A DNA stretch of 64,000 nucleotides from an uncultured delta proteobacterium. GTDB lineage: Bacteria; Desulfobacterota; Desulfomonilia; UBA1062. This document shows positions 9,797 through 20,731 of this stretch, one piece after another; positions within the stretch are counted from its first letter, which is position 1; each line of letters starts with the position of its first letter. The stretch is from the NCBI GenBank assembly GCA_963798485.1, contig CAWCTR010000014.1, forward strand, positions 320,001 through 384,000. Direction: 5' to 3'. Made by a program: the position numbers and the translations under genes. The notes below the pieces were generated by a model. The model was not told the origin of the DNA. It worked only from the letters and a program-made list of their open reading frames with translations, and did not search any database.

Positions 9797-12105
9797 TTAA
9801 TGATTTTTTATCAATTCATTTATAGAAGCTGTGTTTCTTATGCTAGCAAGATCAGGGTCTCTCTTTATTAGTTCCCAATTGTGGAAACCTTTCTCTATTG
9901 ACTGTTTCAGGTATTCAATAGATTTATCACTCATATTCTGCTTAGCATAGATACATGCAATGTTATAATAGACATCTGGATTGCCAGGCTGGATCTGCTC
10001 CATGCCTTGTAACACATCAAGGGCCTTTGTATACTCCTGGCGATTGGAATAAACCAGTAATAGACCGTTCATGGCCTGGATGAATTTTGGCTGAATCGAG
10101 ATCGCTTCATTGTATTGAGCAACAGCTTCATCATATTCACCCAGTTGCCTATAAATGTCGCCAAGCCTTGTAATAACTATAGGATCATAAGGATTTACTT
10201 TCATTGATTTTTGTGTCCGCATAAGCAACTCTTCCAATCTCTTCTTGTATATCATGGCGTTGTTGAGATGTTTGGCAGCCTCTGTATAATCAGGTTTTTC
10301 ACGAAGGGCATCATTATAATACTCAATGGCTTTTTTAATGTTGCTCTTATATATAAAGGTTGTTCCTAAATTGTTGTAAACATCCGCCTGATGAGGATCT
10401 ATACTTAATGCTTCTGTATAATGCTTAATAGCTTCATCATAATTACCTTTGCGTGACATCAAATTACCAAGGTTATTATTAGCTTCAATACTTCCATGGT
10501 CGATCTTAAGGGCTTCATTAAAATGCTTTATAGCCTCATCCGTATTGCCTAAACCTGCCAAGAGTTCAGCTAAAGTAGTATGGGCATCAGCATTATTAGG
10601 GTCAATCTCTAATCCCTTTAAATAATACCCGATTGCAGTTTTTATATCTTTACGTTCTCTATGGGCATCCCCGAGATCGATATATGCCTTTGGATTAGCA
10701 GGGTTTATTCGAAGAGCCTCTCGGTAGTATTTGATAGCACCATCCACATCACCCTTATGAAGAAGAGTGTACCCAAATTGGAGGTGTGCTAAGTCATTGT
10801 TCTTGGTTACTTGAAGTGCATGGCGGAAAAGTGTTTCACTATTTTTCCAGAAAGATATCTGTTCCCATGTTGTCCAGGTGAGAAGCACAAAAACAACCAT
10901 TGATATTCCACCAAGGGCTGCTTTACCATAACTCCACCTTCCGACTATGTCCGATAACCCCCATACCACTATGATGAATATCCCTATGAGCGGGATATAG
11001 GTATACCGGTCTGCCATGGATTGCGAGCCCACCTGCACGATCCCGATTACCGGGACAAGGGTACCAAGATACCAGAGCCAACCTACCATGAGATAAGGCA
11101 AACTCTTTGCAGCAATTAGGACCAGAACAGTTATAAGCAAAAAAATCGAGAAACATAGTACTATATTATAAAGATGAAGGACATCCGGATATGGGTAAAA
11201 TACTGCAAGATTGATTGGCCAAAACATCTTCCCAAGATAGGCAATATAAGAATTGGCAGCATTTGCTATTCTGATGCCTATTGGCAGTAGTATTTACTAG
11301 ATACAACCGCTCCCCAGCTTTTTTGGGCAAAAAAGGTGATCACACTTGATATCAGCGCTAGAAGAATAAGTGGTATCTTATCAAGCAAGATGATTGAAGG
11401 CCCCGACCATCTACTATTAAATCCCACTATACTTTCGCCTTTGTCAGTGGCCTTGTTTATCGCTTGAAAGAGATTCACACGCTTTAACGGCCAGAAATCA
11501 AGAAGCAGCAGCACAAACGGCAATGTTACGAGCATGGGTTTCGATAAGAGCCCAAGGATATAGGAAAAGACCACAATTAGATATCTTGTTAAATTTCTGC
11601 TTTTTACATACCACATATAACCCATCATGGTGAGCATCCAGAAAAAGGTGCTCAGAACGTCTTTACGTTCAGAGACCCACGCCACCGATTCCACATGCAG
11701 GGGATGAAGAGCAAAGAGTGCAGCAACAGCAGCGCTCTTCAAGATCGCCCCGGTCATCCCCTGAAAGACGAAGAATAACAGGAGTGTATTGATTATATGG
11801 AAAAACACATTGACCAGGTGGTGCATTCCAGGGTTCATTCCAAAGAACTGGACATCAAGCATATGAGAAATCCAGGTCAACGGGTGCCAGTTGGCGGCAT
11901 ACACGGATGCAAAGGCCCATCTTATACCTTGAAGGGTTATCCCTTGCTTGATAGTAGGATTTTCAGTTACATATCTTGGGTCATCGAGGTTGATAAACTC
12001 GAAACCTATCACTTGCCAATAAACAGCAACTATTCCAATAAAAAGCAGAAAGAAAATCAGAGCCTTAAAAAATAGTGTTCTTTTCATGGTCAACCTTTTG
12101 TTCAT
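9797..12105 (-). pseudogene. TMTC-like GT-C/TPR glycosyltransferase, frameshifted (ORFs 11278..12105 + 9797..11227)
   Basis: Near-identical to 1929..4292 over ~1 kb, but with a 2-nt insertion near 11287 (coding AAA TAC ta CTG CCA ATA vs AAA TAC ATG CCG ATA) giving a premature TAG. Confidence 0.8.
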
Positions 12106-12120
12106 TGTATAACAACTTAT

Positions 12121-12900
12121 TCATACCACGTATTTAGTCTTTTCATTATGTTCCGGAAAGATCCTGGAATTTCTGAGTCCCATCTTGGCAAGCCTGAAGA
12201 TGATCGCAGTATGCAGACAACCGAATCCGTACTTAACACTCCTGACAAAATTGATAGAAGATGCCTCAGTGAAATAACTCGTGGGGCAACTGATTTCAGC
12301 AATAGTGTAGTCACACCACAGGATTTGCGCAATCATTTGATTGTCGAAAACAAAATCATCCGAATTTTCCATAAAGGGTATACGCTCGAGCAATTCCCTG
12401 GAAAAGGCCCGGTATCCGGTATGATATTCAGAAAGTTTAGCACCCATGAGGATATTCTCAGCAAATGTGAGAACCCGGTTTGATACATATCTCCACAAGG
12501 GCATTCCGCCTTTCACCGCATAACCGCCTAGGATCCTCGACCCAAGTACGCATTGATAGAGGCCACTACCTATCATGGACACCATGGAAGGGATAAGTTT
12601 CGGGGTGTACTGGTAATCAGGATGTACCATAATTATGATGTCTCCTCCCTCCTGAAGAGCAAGTTTGTAGCATGACTTCTGGTTGCCTCCATAACCTCTG
12701 TTTACTTCATGCTTGTGGACGAGGGTCTTCGGTAGGTTCTTGGCAATGTCCACTGTCCGGTCTTTGCTACCGTCATCAACTACTATCACCTGGTCAACCA
12801 CTCCCTGGGCCATCACCTCTTCATAGGTTCTTTGAAGGGTCAATTCTGCCTCATAGGCAGGCATCACAACGATGATTTTTTTATCTTGGTACATATACAA
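12121..12900 (-). CDS. GT2 glycosyltransferase, DPM1-like polyprenol-phosphate sugar synthase
   Basis: VVMPAYE, VVDDGSKD, NRGYGGNQK, HPDYQY, GSR and EYHTGYRAFS motifs. Confidence 0.85.
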   Translation of the reverse strand: MYMYQDKKIIVVMPAYEAELTLQRTYEEVMAQGVVDQVIVVDDGSKDRTVDIAKNLPKTLVHKHEVNRGYGGNQKSCYKLALQEGGDIIIMVHPDYQYTPKLIPSMVSMIGSGLYQCVLGSRILGGYAVKGGMPLWRYVSNRVLTFAENILMGAKLSEYHTGYRAFSRELLERIPFMENSDDFVFDNQMIAQILWCDYTIAEISCPTSYFTEASSINFVRSVKYGFGCLHTAIIFRLAKMGLRNSRIFPEHNEKTKYVV

Positions 12901-13004
12901 TCCTTTTACATAATTATTAGGATACTAAGCTTTCAGTCTATCAGGAATATAACTTATTGGAATCAGAATAAGTAACCTGTATAAGCTCTATCTTTCCATA
13001 AGCC

Positions 13005-15146
13005 CTATTGCTCACTCTTCATCAAAAGCTTTTTATAAAACTCCGTCTCTCTTACGTTTACCAGATCTGGGTCCGTCCTCAATATGTTCTTATTTTTGAA
13101 ACCTTTTTTAATAGCTTCTGAAAGCCACATCACAGCACTATCCACCCTGCCCTGCCTCGAATAAATACAGGCAATGTTGTAATACACATCTGGGTCATCC
13201 GGATTCAGCTTTGCCATCCTATGTAATAATAAGAGTGACTTATCATACTCTCCATTTTCTGCATAAAGAATGACAAGAACTTGCAGAATCCTGGTCAAGC
13301 CGGGATTAACTGAAAGTGCACTTTCATAATGGTTGATTGCCTCTTTCGTATTTCCCTCATCATTGTAGAGTTCAGCAACTTTACAAAGAATGGTATAATC
13401 TTGTGGATTTATTTTGAGGGCATCATTCAAGCGAGCAATGGCATCATTGATCTTTCTTTGTTTTGTAATAGCCGTAGCCATTTTCAGGGAGGCCTCGGGA
13501 TACTGCGGGACTAAGCGAAGTACTTCCTGATATTGCTTAATCGCTTCATCCAATTTCCCAATCGCATAGTATGCAATACCTAGATTGTAATGTGCGCTGA
13601 CAAAGCCGGGATCTATTTGGAGCGCTTTTCTGAAATGACCGATTGAATCCTTGTATTTACCCTCTTCGACGAGGGCGGCACCAAGATTGTTGTGAGCTTG
13701 AACGTGTTCAGGATATACACGTAGTGCCTCCATATAATGCTTTATACCGGCATCAAACTCTCCATGTTCACAAAGAGCGACTCCTAGGCTATTATGGGCA
13801 AGATAGTTATCATTGGTTACATCTACAGCGTGGCTGAAAACTGAAATATTACTTGCCCAATACCCGGTTTGAAGCCAAGTGAACCACATAATAACCGGAA
13901 CAATCGCACAGTATATCCCAGCCAGGATATACCTTGCAGACCTCAATTGACCTAATAATTTCGACAACCCCCAAACAATTAAGATGAAAATACCAATGAG
14001 GGGTACGTAGGTATACCTGTCCGCCATAGACTGTGAACCAACCTGGATTATCCCGATAACCGGTGCAAGTGTACCAAGATACCAAAACCACCCTACAAAA
14101 AGGAAAGGGAACCGGCTGATATTCAGTACCACCATCCATGTTATTCCAATGAGAAGTACACATGCCGTTATTACTTTATAAAGATTAACCATCCTCGGAT
14201 ATGGATAAAATAATGCCAGATGTATCGGCCAAATCATCTTCACTAAATAAGCCATATAGGATATTGTTGCGTTCTCAACCCTAATGTATAGAGGGATCGA
14301 CTCCAGGTTACTTATGGAGCCTACGTTTTTCTGCGTCAATATCGTCACAATGATTGCAGCCCCTGCAAGAAAGAACAGCGGAACTTTCTCGTGGATTAGC
14401 GCCAACAACCCGGACCACCACTCATGCGGTTGCATGTGTTCTGCAGTTGTTATCAACTCGGGCCTTTTCAAGGGCCAGATGTCCAGGAGAAGTAACACAA
14501 AAGGCAATGTCACCAGCATAGGCTTTGTCATGAGGCCAAAAATATAACAAATTACAATGATAAGATATCTCCCGGCAGAACGGTGCTCGACATACCTCGT
14601 GTAAAAAAGTATGGTAAGCATCCAGAAAAAGGTGCTCAATACATCCTTGCGCTCTGCAATCCAGGCTACCGATTCAACATGGAGGGGATGAAGACCAAAC
14701 AGCATGGCTACAGCAGCACTATTCCATACATTGCCTGTCATTCTCCTCAAGCAGTAAAACAGCATGAGTGTGTTCACTATATGGAAAATAACATTGGTAA
14801 GATGATGCATCCCGGCATTTAAACCGAAGATTTCCACATCCGTCATGTGCGATAGCCAGGTAAGGGGGTGCCAATTGCCTGCATACACCGAGGTAAAGGC
14901 CCATCTGATATTCTCTAATGTGATGCCTTGTCTTACATGAGGATTGTCCCTGACATACATATAATCATCAAAGCTTATAAAATCAAAAGTGCGGACCTGC
15001 CAGTAGATCGAGAGTATCGAAATAAAAAGAAATGCATAGATAAAGATTTCAACTGGAAATTCTATCTTATGAGTGACTCTATATTTCATGATCGGTATAA
15101 GTTGAGTTTTATCCAGCGGAAAATCCAAGATGGATTGCTTCTTCAA
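13005..15146 (-). CDS. TMTC-like GT-C glycosyltransferase with TPRs
   Basis: FISFDD, NWHPLTW, VESVAWIAERKD and MADRYTY motifs, TPRs and DPDL end. The start codon is uncertain. Confidence 0.85.
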   Translation of the reverse strand: MKKQSILDFPLDKTQLIPIMKYRVTHKIEFPVEIFIYAFLFISILSIYWQVRTFDFISFDDYMYVRDNPHVRQGITLENIRWAFTSVYAGNWHPLTWLSHMTDVEIFGLNAGMHHLTNVIFHIVNTLMLFYCLRRMTGNVWNSAAVAMLFGLHPLHVESVAWIAERKDVLSTFFWMLTILFYTRYVEHRSAGRYLIIVICYIFGLMTKPMLVTLPFVLLLLDIWPLKRPELITTAEHMQPHEWWSGLLALIHEKVPLFFLAGAAIIVTILTQKNVGSISNLESIPLYIRVENATISYMAYLVKMIWPIHLALFYPYPRMVNLYKVITACVLLIGITWMVVLNISRFPFLFVGWFWYLGTLAPVIGIIQVGSQSMADRYTYVPLIGIFILIVWGLSKLLGQLRSARYILAGIYCAIVPVIMWFTWLQTGYWASNISVFSHAVDVTNDNYLAHNSLGVALCEHGEFDAGIKHYMEALRVYPEHVQAHNNLGAALVEEGKYKDSIGHFRKALQIDPGFVSAHYNLGIAYYAIGKLDEAIKQYQEVLRLVPQYPEASLKMATAITKQRKINDAIARLNDALKINPQDYTILCKVAELYNDEGNTKEAINHYESALSVNPGLTRILQVLVILYAENGEYDKSLLLLHRMAKLNPDDPDVYYNIACIYSRQGRVDSAVMWLSEAIKKGFKNKNILRTDPDLVNVRETEFYKKLLMKSEQ

Positions 15147-15173
15147 GGATCTTCCTCTGCACTCTGTTTATGG

Positions 15174-15201
15174 CAAGAACTCCACAACTGTGGAGTTCTT
15201 G
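15174..15201. terminator. Strong intergenic hairpin (terminator or processing signal)
   Basis: Perfect inverted repeat CAAGAACTCCACA-ac-TGTGGAGTTCTTG; no clear U-tract on the minus strand. Confidence 0.5.
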
Positions 15202-15242
15202 TTTGCCTATCCGAAAAAAATTACTTTTCTATTTAAAGGCCC

Positions 15243-16775
15243 TTATAGATAATTGTTGTCGGGAAACTGAACCTTAAACTTAATTATGTTCGGTCCTAAG
15301 GTTGCTCCAGGTTTCATATCCAATCCCAGAATATAAAGACTTGTTTTTGTATCAAACATTATTTCGGATCCTTTTAAAAAACCTAACACCTTATTTTTAC
15401 TCTGTATTCCATCAACCACAAGAAACCATTTGTTATTATTTTGGGCTGCAAATGCTAAATGTTTTGAATCCAGAGTAAATGAGGCCAAAGCTACACCATC
15501 ATAGAATACCGGTTCCTTGTCATCTATAGCAACCGCCCATTTATTGCCCTTCTTGGCCATGTATAATAAGTGTTTGGAGTCCGGGCTATACTGAGGTAAT
15601 GTTACTAAATCATATCTTGGTCCTTCTTTTCCATCATTTACTATAAACCATTTGCCATTATTAATAGCGACACAGGCGACATGGTTTGAATCAGGGCTAT
15701 AGATCGGAGCAAGAGTTTCGTAATATGCGGAACTCATTTTCTTATCAACAATTATATACCATTCTTTCCCGTTTCTCACGGTCATGGTATAATGTTTAGA
15801 ATCAGGACTGAAGACCAAATCTCTCACTTCATCGTAGGCCTTTCCTTTATCGCCATTGATTACCATGTAGGTTTTCTTCCCATCTATTCCGAAAAAGGCC
15901 ATGGTTTTCGAATCCGGGGTAAACATCGGTGCAGCAATATCCGTATATCTCGTGCTCTCCTTGCCATCCAAGACCATAATCGCCTTCTCATTGAGCTTCG
16001 CTGAATAGGCAAAATGAGAAGAGTCAGGACTGAATGCAAATGCACCTATCTTGTCGTAATGAGTCCCCTCTGTATTGTCAAAAATCATGTATTCTCCAAG
16101 TTTTTTACTTTTACTTTTAGAAACTACCGGGAAAACAACATGTTTTGAATCAGGGCTGAATGCCGGATAAGATACCATATCATAGCCGATACTCTCCTTG
16201 CCATCTATGACCGCTACCATTTCCTTTCCTTTGACGGCACTATAGGCAAATCTTTTGGAATCGTTACTGAAAACCAAATTGATCTTTGTGGGAACCTTAT
16301 TATACTTACTATGCTCTTTACCATCCAGAACTACAAACTGATTGGTACCGTCTTCAGCAACATATGCTACGTGATTTGAATCAGGGCTGAAATCCGGAGT
16401 AGATACGCCTTCATAAGGTTTCCCCTCCTTTGAATCCAAAACCACTATCCACTTGGTTCCTTTTTTTGCATTATATACGAAGTGCTTAGAATCCCTGCTG
16501 AATATCGGTGTTTCCTTGCTTATTGAATTATACGCTTTAAGTAGATGCCCATCATAGACCACAGCGAATTCTTTACCTTTTTGTGCAACAGCGGCAATGT
16601 GTTGAGAATTAGGACTCGGTTTGATTGATGCTAAATAAATCTTCCAATCCTTGAATGGCTCAATAAGGATATTAATCTTTTCTACCAGGATTTTATTGTC
16701 TGCGGAAAGACATGGGATCGGGGTCATGAATCCGACAACTAAAACAATCACCAAATAAAATCGCATAGTTTTCAT
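15243..16775 (-). CDS. Secreted TolB/PD40-like beta-propeller repeat protein
   Basis: Signal peptide, then ~11 repeats of ~38 aa (FSPDSKHxAYxA...VxDGKE..Y). Confidence 0.75.
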   Translation of the reverse strand: MKTMRFYLVIVLVVGFMTPIPCLSADNKILVEKINILIEPFKDWKIYLASIKPSPNSQHIAAVAQKGKEFAVVYDGHLLKAYNSISKETPIFSRDSKHFVYNAKKGTKWIVVLDSKEGKPYEGVSTPDFSPDSNHVAYVAEDGTNQFVVLDGKEHSKYNKVPTKINLVFSNDSKRFAYSAVKGKEMVAVIDGKESIGYDMVSYPAFSPDSKHVVFPVVSKSKSKKLGEYMIFDNTEGTHYDKIGAFAFSPDSSHFAYSAKLNEKAIMVLDGKESTRYTDIAAPMFTPDSKTMAFFGIDGKKTYMVINGDKGKAYDEVRDLVFSPDSKHYTMTVRNGKEWYIIVDKKMSSAYYETLAPIYSPDSNHVACVAINNGKWFIVNDGKEGPRYDLVTLPQYSPDSKHLLYMAKKGNKWAVAIDDKEPVFYDGVALASFTLDSKHLAFAAQNNNKWFLVVDGIQSKNKVLGFLKGSEIMFDTKTSLYILGLDMKPGATLGPNIIKFKVQFPDNNYL

Positions 16776-16932
16776 TCTTTATCTTCTCCTTTGATGAATT
16801 ATGTGTCATTGTTTTAAGGTAATTAATTAGACGTTTACACGATTCCTCATGGGAACGCAACAATCTGACCATTATCTTTAGAAATCTGCATCCGGATAAG
16901 ACTTCATGATAGTATGTTGTGTACGGCAAATT

Positions 16933-18612
16933 CTACCATTTATAAACCTGGTTTATTGCAAACCACCATATGTGCATTTTCTGACTCCAGTCAAGTCCGG
17001 CATAGGGGTTGTATACTATGTTGGTGAAGGTCGTCGAGTTAAGGTTCGTGCTGGTGTTGCTCGGCACGGTCTTGTTTTCCATCTGTATCAAACTCACATT
17101 GATATCGATAGCATTGGGATTATTGATCTGCTGCAACAGCTCATGCATATTTTTCGGCACAGGCTTGGGCTTATCATCAACCACAATCCCGATCCCGGCT
17201 GAATAGAGTTTCATGTCCGGCATGGGCAACGGTCCGAAGAGGTTGTCCCGTACAGATGTGGGCCTTGGGTCAAAACCCAAACGCAGGGCTATCTTCTCAA
17301 TTGGCTTGATCTCGCAGCCGTAGCTCAAATGCCATGTATCCTTGAAGTCTTGTACAATGACCAATGAATCTGTAGAATAAGGATATCCGAGCAACCTTGC
17401 AAATCGCATAAACTGGAGCTTCTGGTCCATTTGGATAACCCATTGCTTCTGTACGGCCCAGTCGGTCCAGTTGGCATCACAGGTAAGCGTCACCTGCTTG
17501 ACGGGTTTCAGCATCACGCCAAGTTGAAGACGGGCAGGCCATGTCAGGTCCATGGTAGCGGTCCCTTTCTGATATGGCACGGAGCTGGTAGGCAGGTCAA
17601 ACATTGCGGCGGTGATAATGGTTAAGGGGGACCTGCCGAACCAGTCTACCGTCCGGCGGAACTCGTAGCCATAATCCATTTCGAAGTTCCCCTCCATGAG
17701 TGCCTCGCTTTCGCTTTGATAGCACGCACCGAAGGAAAACCAGTCGTAGGGCTTCCAGAGGATACCAAGGTTATATGAGGTGGTAATGTAGTCTTCCAAG
17801 AGTACCTGGAGCGATCCCTGGGTATCATAGGGATACATACCGCCGTTGAACCAGGGTGGAGGCAGGGTAAGCTCGGAAACTACCGGGATCTCAAGGCCTT
17901 TCGTTGCGTCTCCGAGCGCACCGGTAAGGGCCGACATGTCGTTGGGCGCCCTCATTTGCAGCTGCATCATGAACATCGATGGACCAATCCCCACCGATGC
18001 CCCCACTGAGACGGTGTCGGTCAGCTTGTAGGCTATAGCTGGCGTTAAGAAGCTCATCCTCACCATCCAGGCCTTCTGGCCCAGCAGGCTCATAGGATTA
18101 GTGGATTGATTCCTTAGGCCCACACCAAAGGGGGCAAAATTACCGAAGCCGAAGGTCCATCTGGAATATTTCGGATCAGGCGGCTTATACGAGATGCCCA
18201 TCGAGGGGGTAATAAGGTAAGGTAATGCAAAATCGATATAGGGGATGATCATATACCCGCTTTCCTGCATGCTCACAGACCCACTCAGCGGGTCTCTTCC
18301 CTTGTTGAACGATCCGCCGAAGGGCGCCCATAGCTGGCCTGTAGTAGGATCAACGCCCTGGTTAAGCGTTAACTCACGATACGTGAATGCCATGCCGATA
18401 GAATTATCAAAACGGGTGCCCGGTATGTCCGCAAGGCCTGCGGGATTGTAGTGGATAGCCAGGGCGCCGGGGGGATATGCCGTCACTGCACTGCCCATGG
18501 AGGCTGCCAGGGGGCTGACGACAAGTTGTTCGAACAGGGCTGCAGATAATGAAACGGGGAAAAAGATTATTGAGGTCATGAAGATCAGTAATAAGGTATG
18601 TAGCCTCTTCAT
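16933..18612 (-). CDS. OmpP1/FadL-family outer-membrane barrel, FilD-like
   Basis: Signal peptide; SMGSAVTAYPPG...YNPAGL N-terminal hatch motif; IVYNPYAGLD near the C terminus; aromatic C-terminal residue (YKW). Confidence 0.75.
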   Translation of the reverse strand: MKRLHTLLLIFMTSIIFFPVSLSAALFEQLVVSPLAASMGSAVTAYPPGALAIHYNPAGLADIPGTRFDNSIGMAFTYRELTLNQGVDPTTGQLWAPFGGSFNKGRDPLSGSVSMQESGYMIIPYIDFALPYLITPSMGISYKPPDPKYSRWTFGFGNFAPFGVGLRNQSTNPMSLLGQKAWMVRMSFLTPAIAYKLTDTVSVGASVGIGPSMFMMQLQMRAPNDMSALTGALGDATKGLEIPVVSELTLPPPWFNGGMYPYDTQGSLQVLLEDYITTSYNLGILWKPYDWFSFGACYQSESEALMEGNFEMDYGYEFRRTVDWFGRSPLTIITAAMFDLPTSSVPYQKGTATMDLTWPARLQLGVMLKPVKQVTLTCDANWTDWAVQKQWVIQMDQKLQFMRFARLLGYPYSTDSLVIVQDFKDTWHLSYGCEIKPIEKIALRLGFDPRPTSVRDNLFGPLPMPDMKLYSAGIGIVVDDKPKPVPKNMHELLQQINNPNAIDINVSLIQMENKTVPSNTSTNLNSTTFTNIVYNPYAGLDWSQKMHIWWFAINQVYKW

Positions 18613-18624
18613 TTGACCGACACC

Positions 18625-19758
18625 TTACATAACAAAGTCAAAAGGCACCCTTGCAGTAAGCGAAAATCCTGCATTTACAAGACTGTATGCCAGAGATACC
18701 GAGATCGATGTTTTGGGTGTCACCGTAATACCCATGCCCACCCCAAACATGGCCGATACACTATCTCCGCTCTCTGCCGGGGCTGTCAGCTCTTTATAAG
18801 TGAGCGTTGAGGATTTGGCATAGCTATAGTTGAAAGTCATGTTCATAGAAACGGAATACGATAAAGAATACCCCATTCCCATATTGAAGGAGTAGGTGGG
18901 GCCGGAGGTAACCTTTTCCAGCGTATAGGTCTCCTGAACCAGGTAATCGAGATTTTTCAACGGCAACGATTGTGAATATCCCAGCCCCCAGAACAGAACT
19001 ACAGGGTCAAGCTGTTTACTGAAGCTGCTGCCTAAGGATAGTGTATATGTTCCATTGCCTGTTGATAGTTCGGTATCGGGGTTTATCTTATATGGATTAC
19101 GGCCTGTGGGAAATGAGCATCCCAGGCTGTATGTGTTGCTGATATCACCGGGGAGCCGGAGCCATTTCCATGATGACGGGGCCTGGAAGGCAAATCCGAA
19201 AGAGATATCACCAAGGTCTGATTGAGTGAGGTTCGAAGTTGTGCCCATTTTATCATAACGATAGACGATAGGAAAGTTCATGCTTGATGTGAGATTGTCC
19301 AGAAAACTGTATGCGGTATATATGGAATGCGTAATGGTATGATTAGCTTGATGATTGGCGATTAATTCGAGGGCCGCATCTGCTGCCTGCTGCTGTGTGG
19401 TGAATGTCTCGGTCGGGCTGAAAGTATAGCCGAAGCTGTAATCAATTGAAAGGGTGCCCTTCGGCGAGAGGGAGTATTCTCTCCCCACTGCCTCGAGCAC
19501 CTCCTTCCCCTTCTCGGTCTTCTCTACTTCAGTAATCTCCAGACTCTTTCTTGCCTTGGTTTCATCTTCGAGTTTTTGCAGCTCTTTCTCAAGGGTGAGT
19601 ATCCTGTCAAGGAGCTCCTGCTGTGTGTCTTTATTTTCCTGCTGCGGGTTCTTCTTTTCTGGCTGGGTGCCCTGGTTTTCCTGCTCATCTGCAAACAATG
19701 CGCTTGTCGACACGGTCAGGAGTATGAATATCATTCCAATTAAACAAAAATATCTCAC
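18625..19758 (-). CDS. FapF/FilC-like outer-membrane transporter with N-terminal coiled coil
   Basis: Signal peptide; coiled coil QELLDRILTLEKELQKLEDETK; LGDISFG and FPTGRNPY...STGNG motifs typical of FapF/COG4313 barrels; sits directly after a C39 peptidase. Confidence 0.72.
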   Translation of the reverse strand: MRYFCLIGMIFILLTVSTSALFADEQENQGTQPEKKNPQQENKDTQQELLDRILTLEKELQKLEDETKARKSLEITEVEKTEKGKEVLEAVGREYSLSPKGTLSIDYSFGYTFSPTETFTTQQQAADAALELIANHQANHTITHSIYTAYSFLDNLTSSMNFPIVYRYDKMGTTSNLTQSDLGDISFGFAFQAPSSWKWLRLPGDISNTYSLGCSFPTGRNPYKINPDTELSTGNGTYTLSLGSSFSKQLDPVVLFWGLGYSQSLPLKNLDYLVQETYTLEKVTSGPTYSFNMGMGYSLSYSVSMNMTFNYSYAKSSTLTYKELTAPAESGDSVSAMFGVGMGITVTPKTSISVSLAYSLVNAGFSLTARVPFDFVM

Positions 19759-19932
19759 TAGTTAAATACCCCCGTTAATTGTGTTAAAAATTCAAATTCA
19801 TGTAGCTTTATATTACATTAAAAGCACACTGACTGTCACATAACATTTATCGTCAGAAAAACGTATGATCTTGAGACCCTTTAATATATCGCTAATGGGT
19901 CATGGTTTTATGCGAGTATGTCCGGTGTCCTT

Positions 19933-20712
19933 TCATTTTGGATTTACAGGTATTTCTTGCCCTATATTGGTAGTCTGGAAACCCGTGTGACCTAGAGACT
20001 CTAATAAATTTTGCTGCCCGGTTATGGTATTAGGAGGGATGGCCGGTGTCGATGCACCCCGGGCAACATCGAAATCGACGAATCTCAGGTCTTCATTATT
20101 TAATCGGAGTGCGTTCGTATGAACGGCATCACTTGAAACGACAAAGACTATATTCTGGTCCCAGCGTTTACGGAATTCCTCAACGGTGAAGCTCATGTTG
20201 CCCCTGTACGGGTCTGCAAAAAAGACGTGGTTCCCATATACACCCCGAAATACCACGAAATGTTTGTATCCGAATAATGTTATGGGCAGGATAGCAGGTT
20301 TGTTCAAGGTCTTGAGGTCGCCGAATTCCGCTTTGTATCCGGCGGCATTGTATCCCAACACCTCGCAGAAGCGTTTCATGTCGAGGAGAGAAAATGCCCT
20401 GCGTTGTTGAATCTTCTCGGCCTCACCATGTTGCATGAGCCCCTGTATGACCTGCTGCTCCGATAATTTTTCGTGAAGGTAATAATTGAGAAGCGTGGCA
20501 AGGGCCGCAGATCCGCAGCTATAGTCATATTCCTGTTTTACAACATGTTCATACAACATTTTACTTTCAGGCTCGACGGTTTGTCTGAGAGGAAGTTGTT
20601 CAATCCCCGCCATGTTCGGATATATTTTCAACTCCCCCTTGGGTATGTCCGGCTGGGGATACATGGTTCCCAAAAATGCTAACATGATGAAGATGCTCAC
20701 AATGACCGGCAT
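19933..20712 (-). CDS. Stand-alone C39 peptidase, FapD/FilB-like
   Basis: VVKQEYDYSCGSAALAT (catalytic Cys), FSLLDMK, GYKHFVV (His) and ADP (Asp); hydrophobic N terminus. Confidence 0.88.
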   Translation of the reverse strand: MPVIVSIFIMLAFLGTMYPQPDIPKGELKIYPNMAGIEQLPLRQTVEPESKMLYEHVVKQEYDYSCGSAALATLLNYYLHEKLSEQQVIQGLMQHGEAEKIQQRRAFSLLDMKRFCEVLGYNAAGYKAEFGDLKTLNKPAILPITLFGYKHFVVFRGVYGNHVFFADPYRGNMSFTVEEFRKRWDQNIVFVVSSDAVHTNALRLNNEDLRFVDFDVARGASTPAIPPNTITGQQNLLESLGHTGFQTTNIGQEIPVNPK

Positions 20713-20731
20713 AGGGTTTGGGATGTGCCGG

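Noticed and set aside
3200-12018. Near-identical TMTC segments as a DGR template/variable repeat pair
   Set aside because: No RT gene, the differences are not adenine-specific, and the ~1 kb length fits gene duplication.
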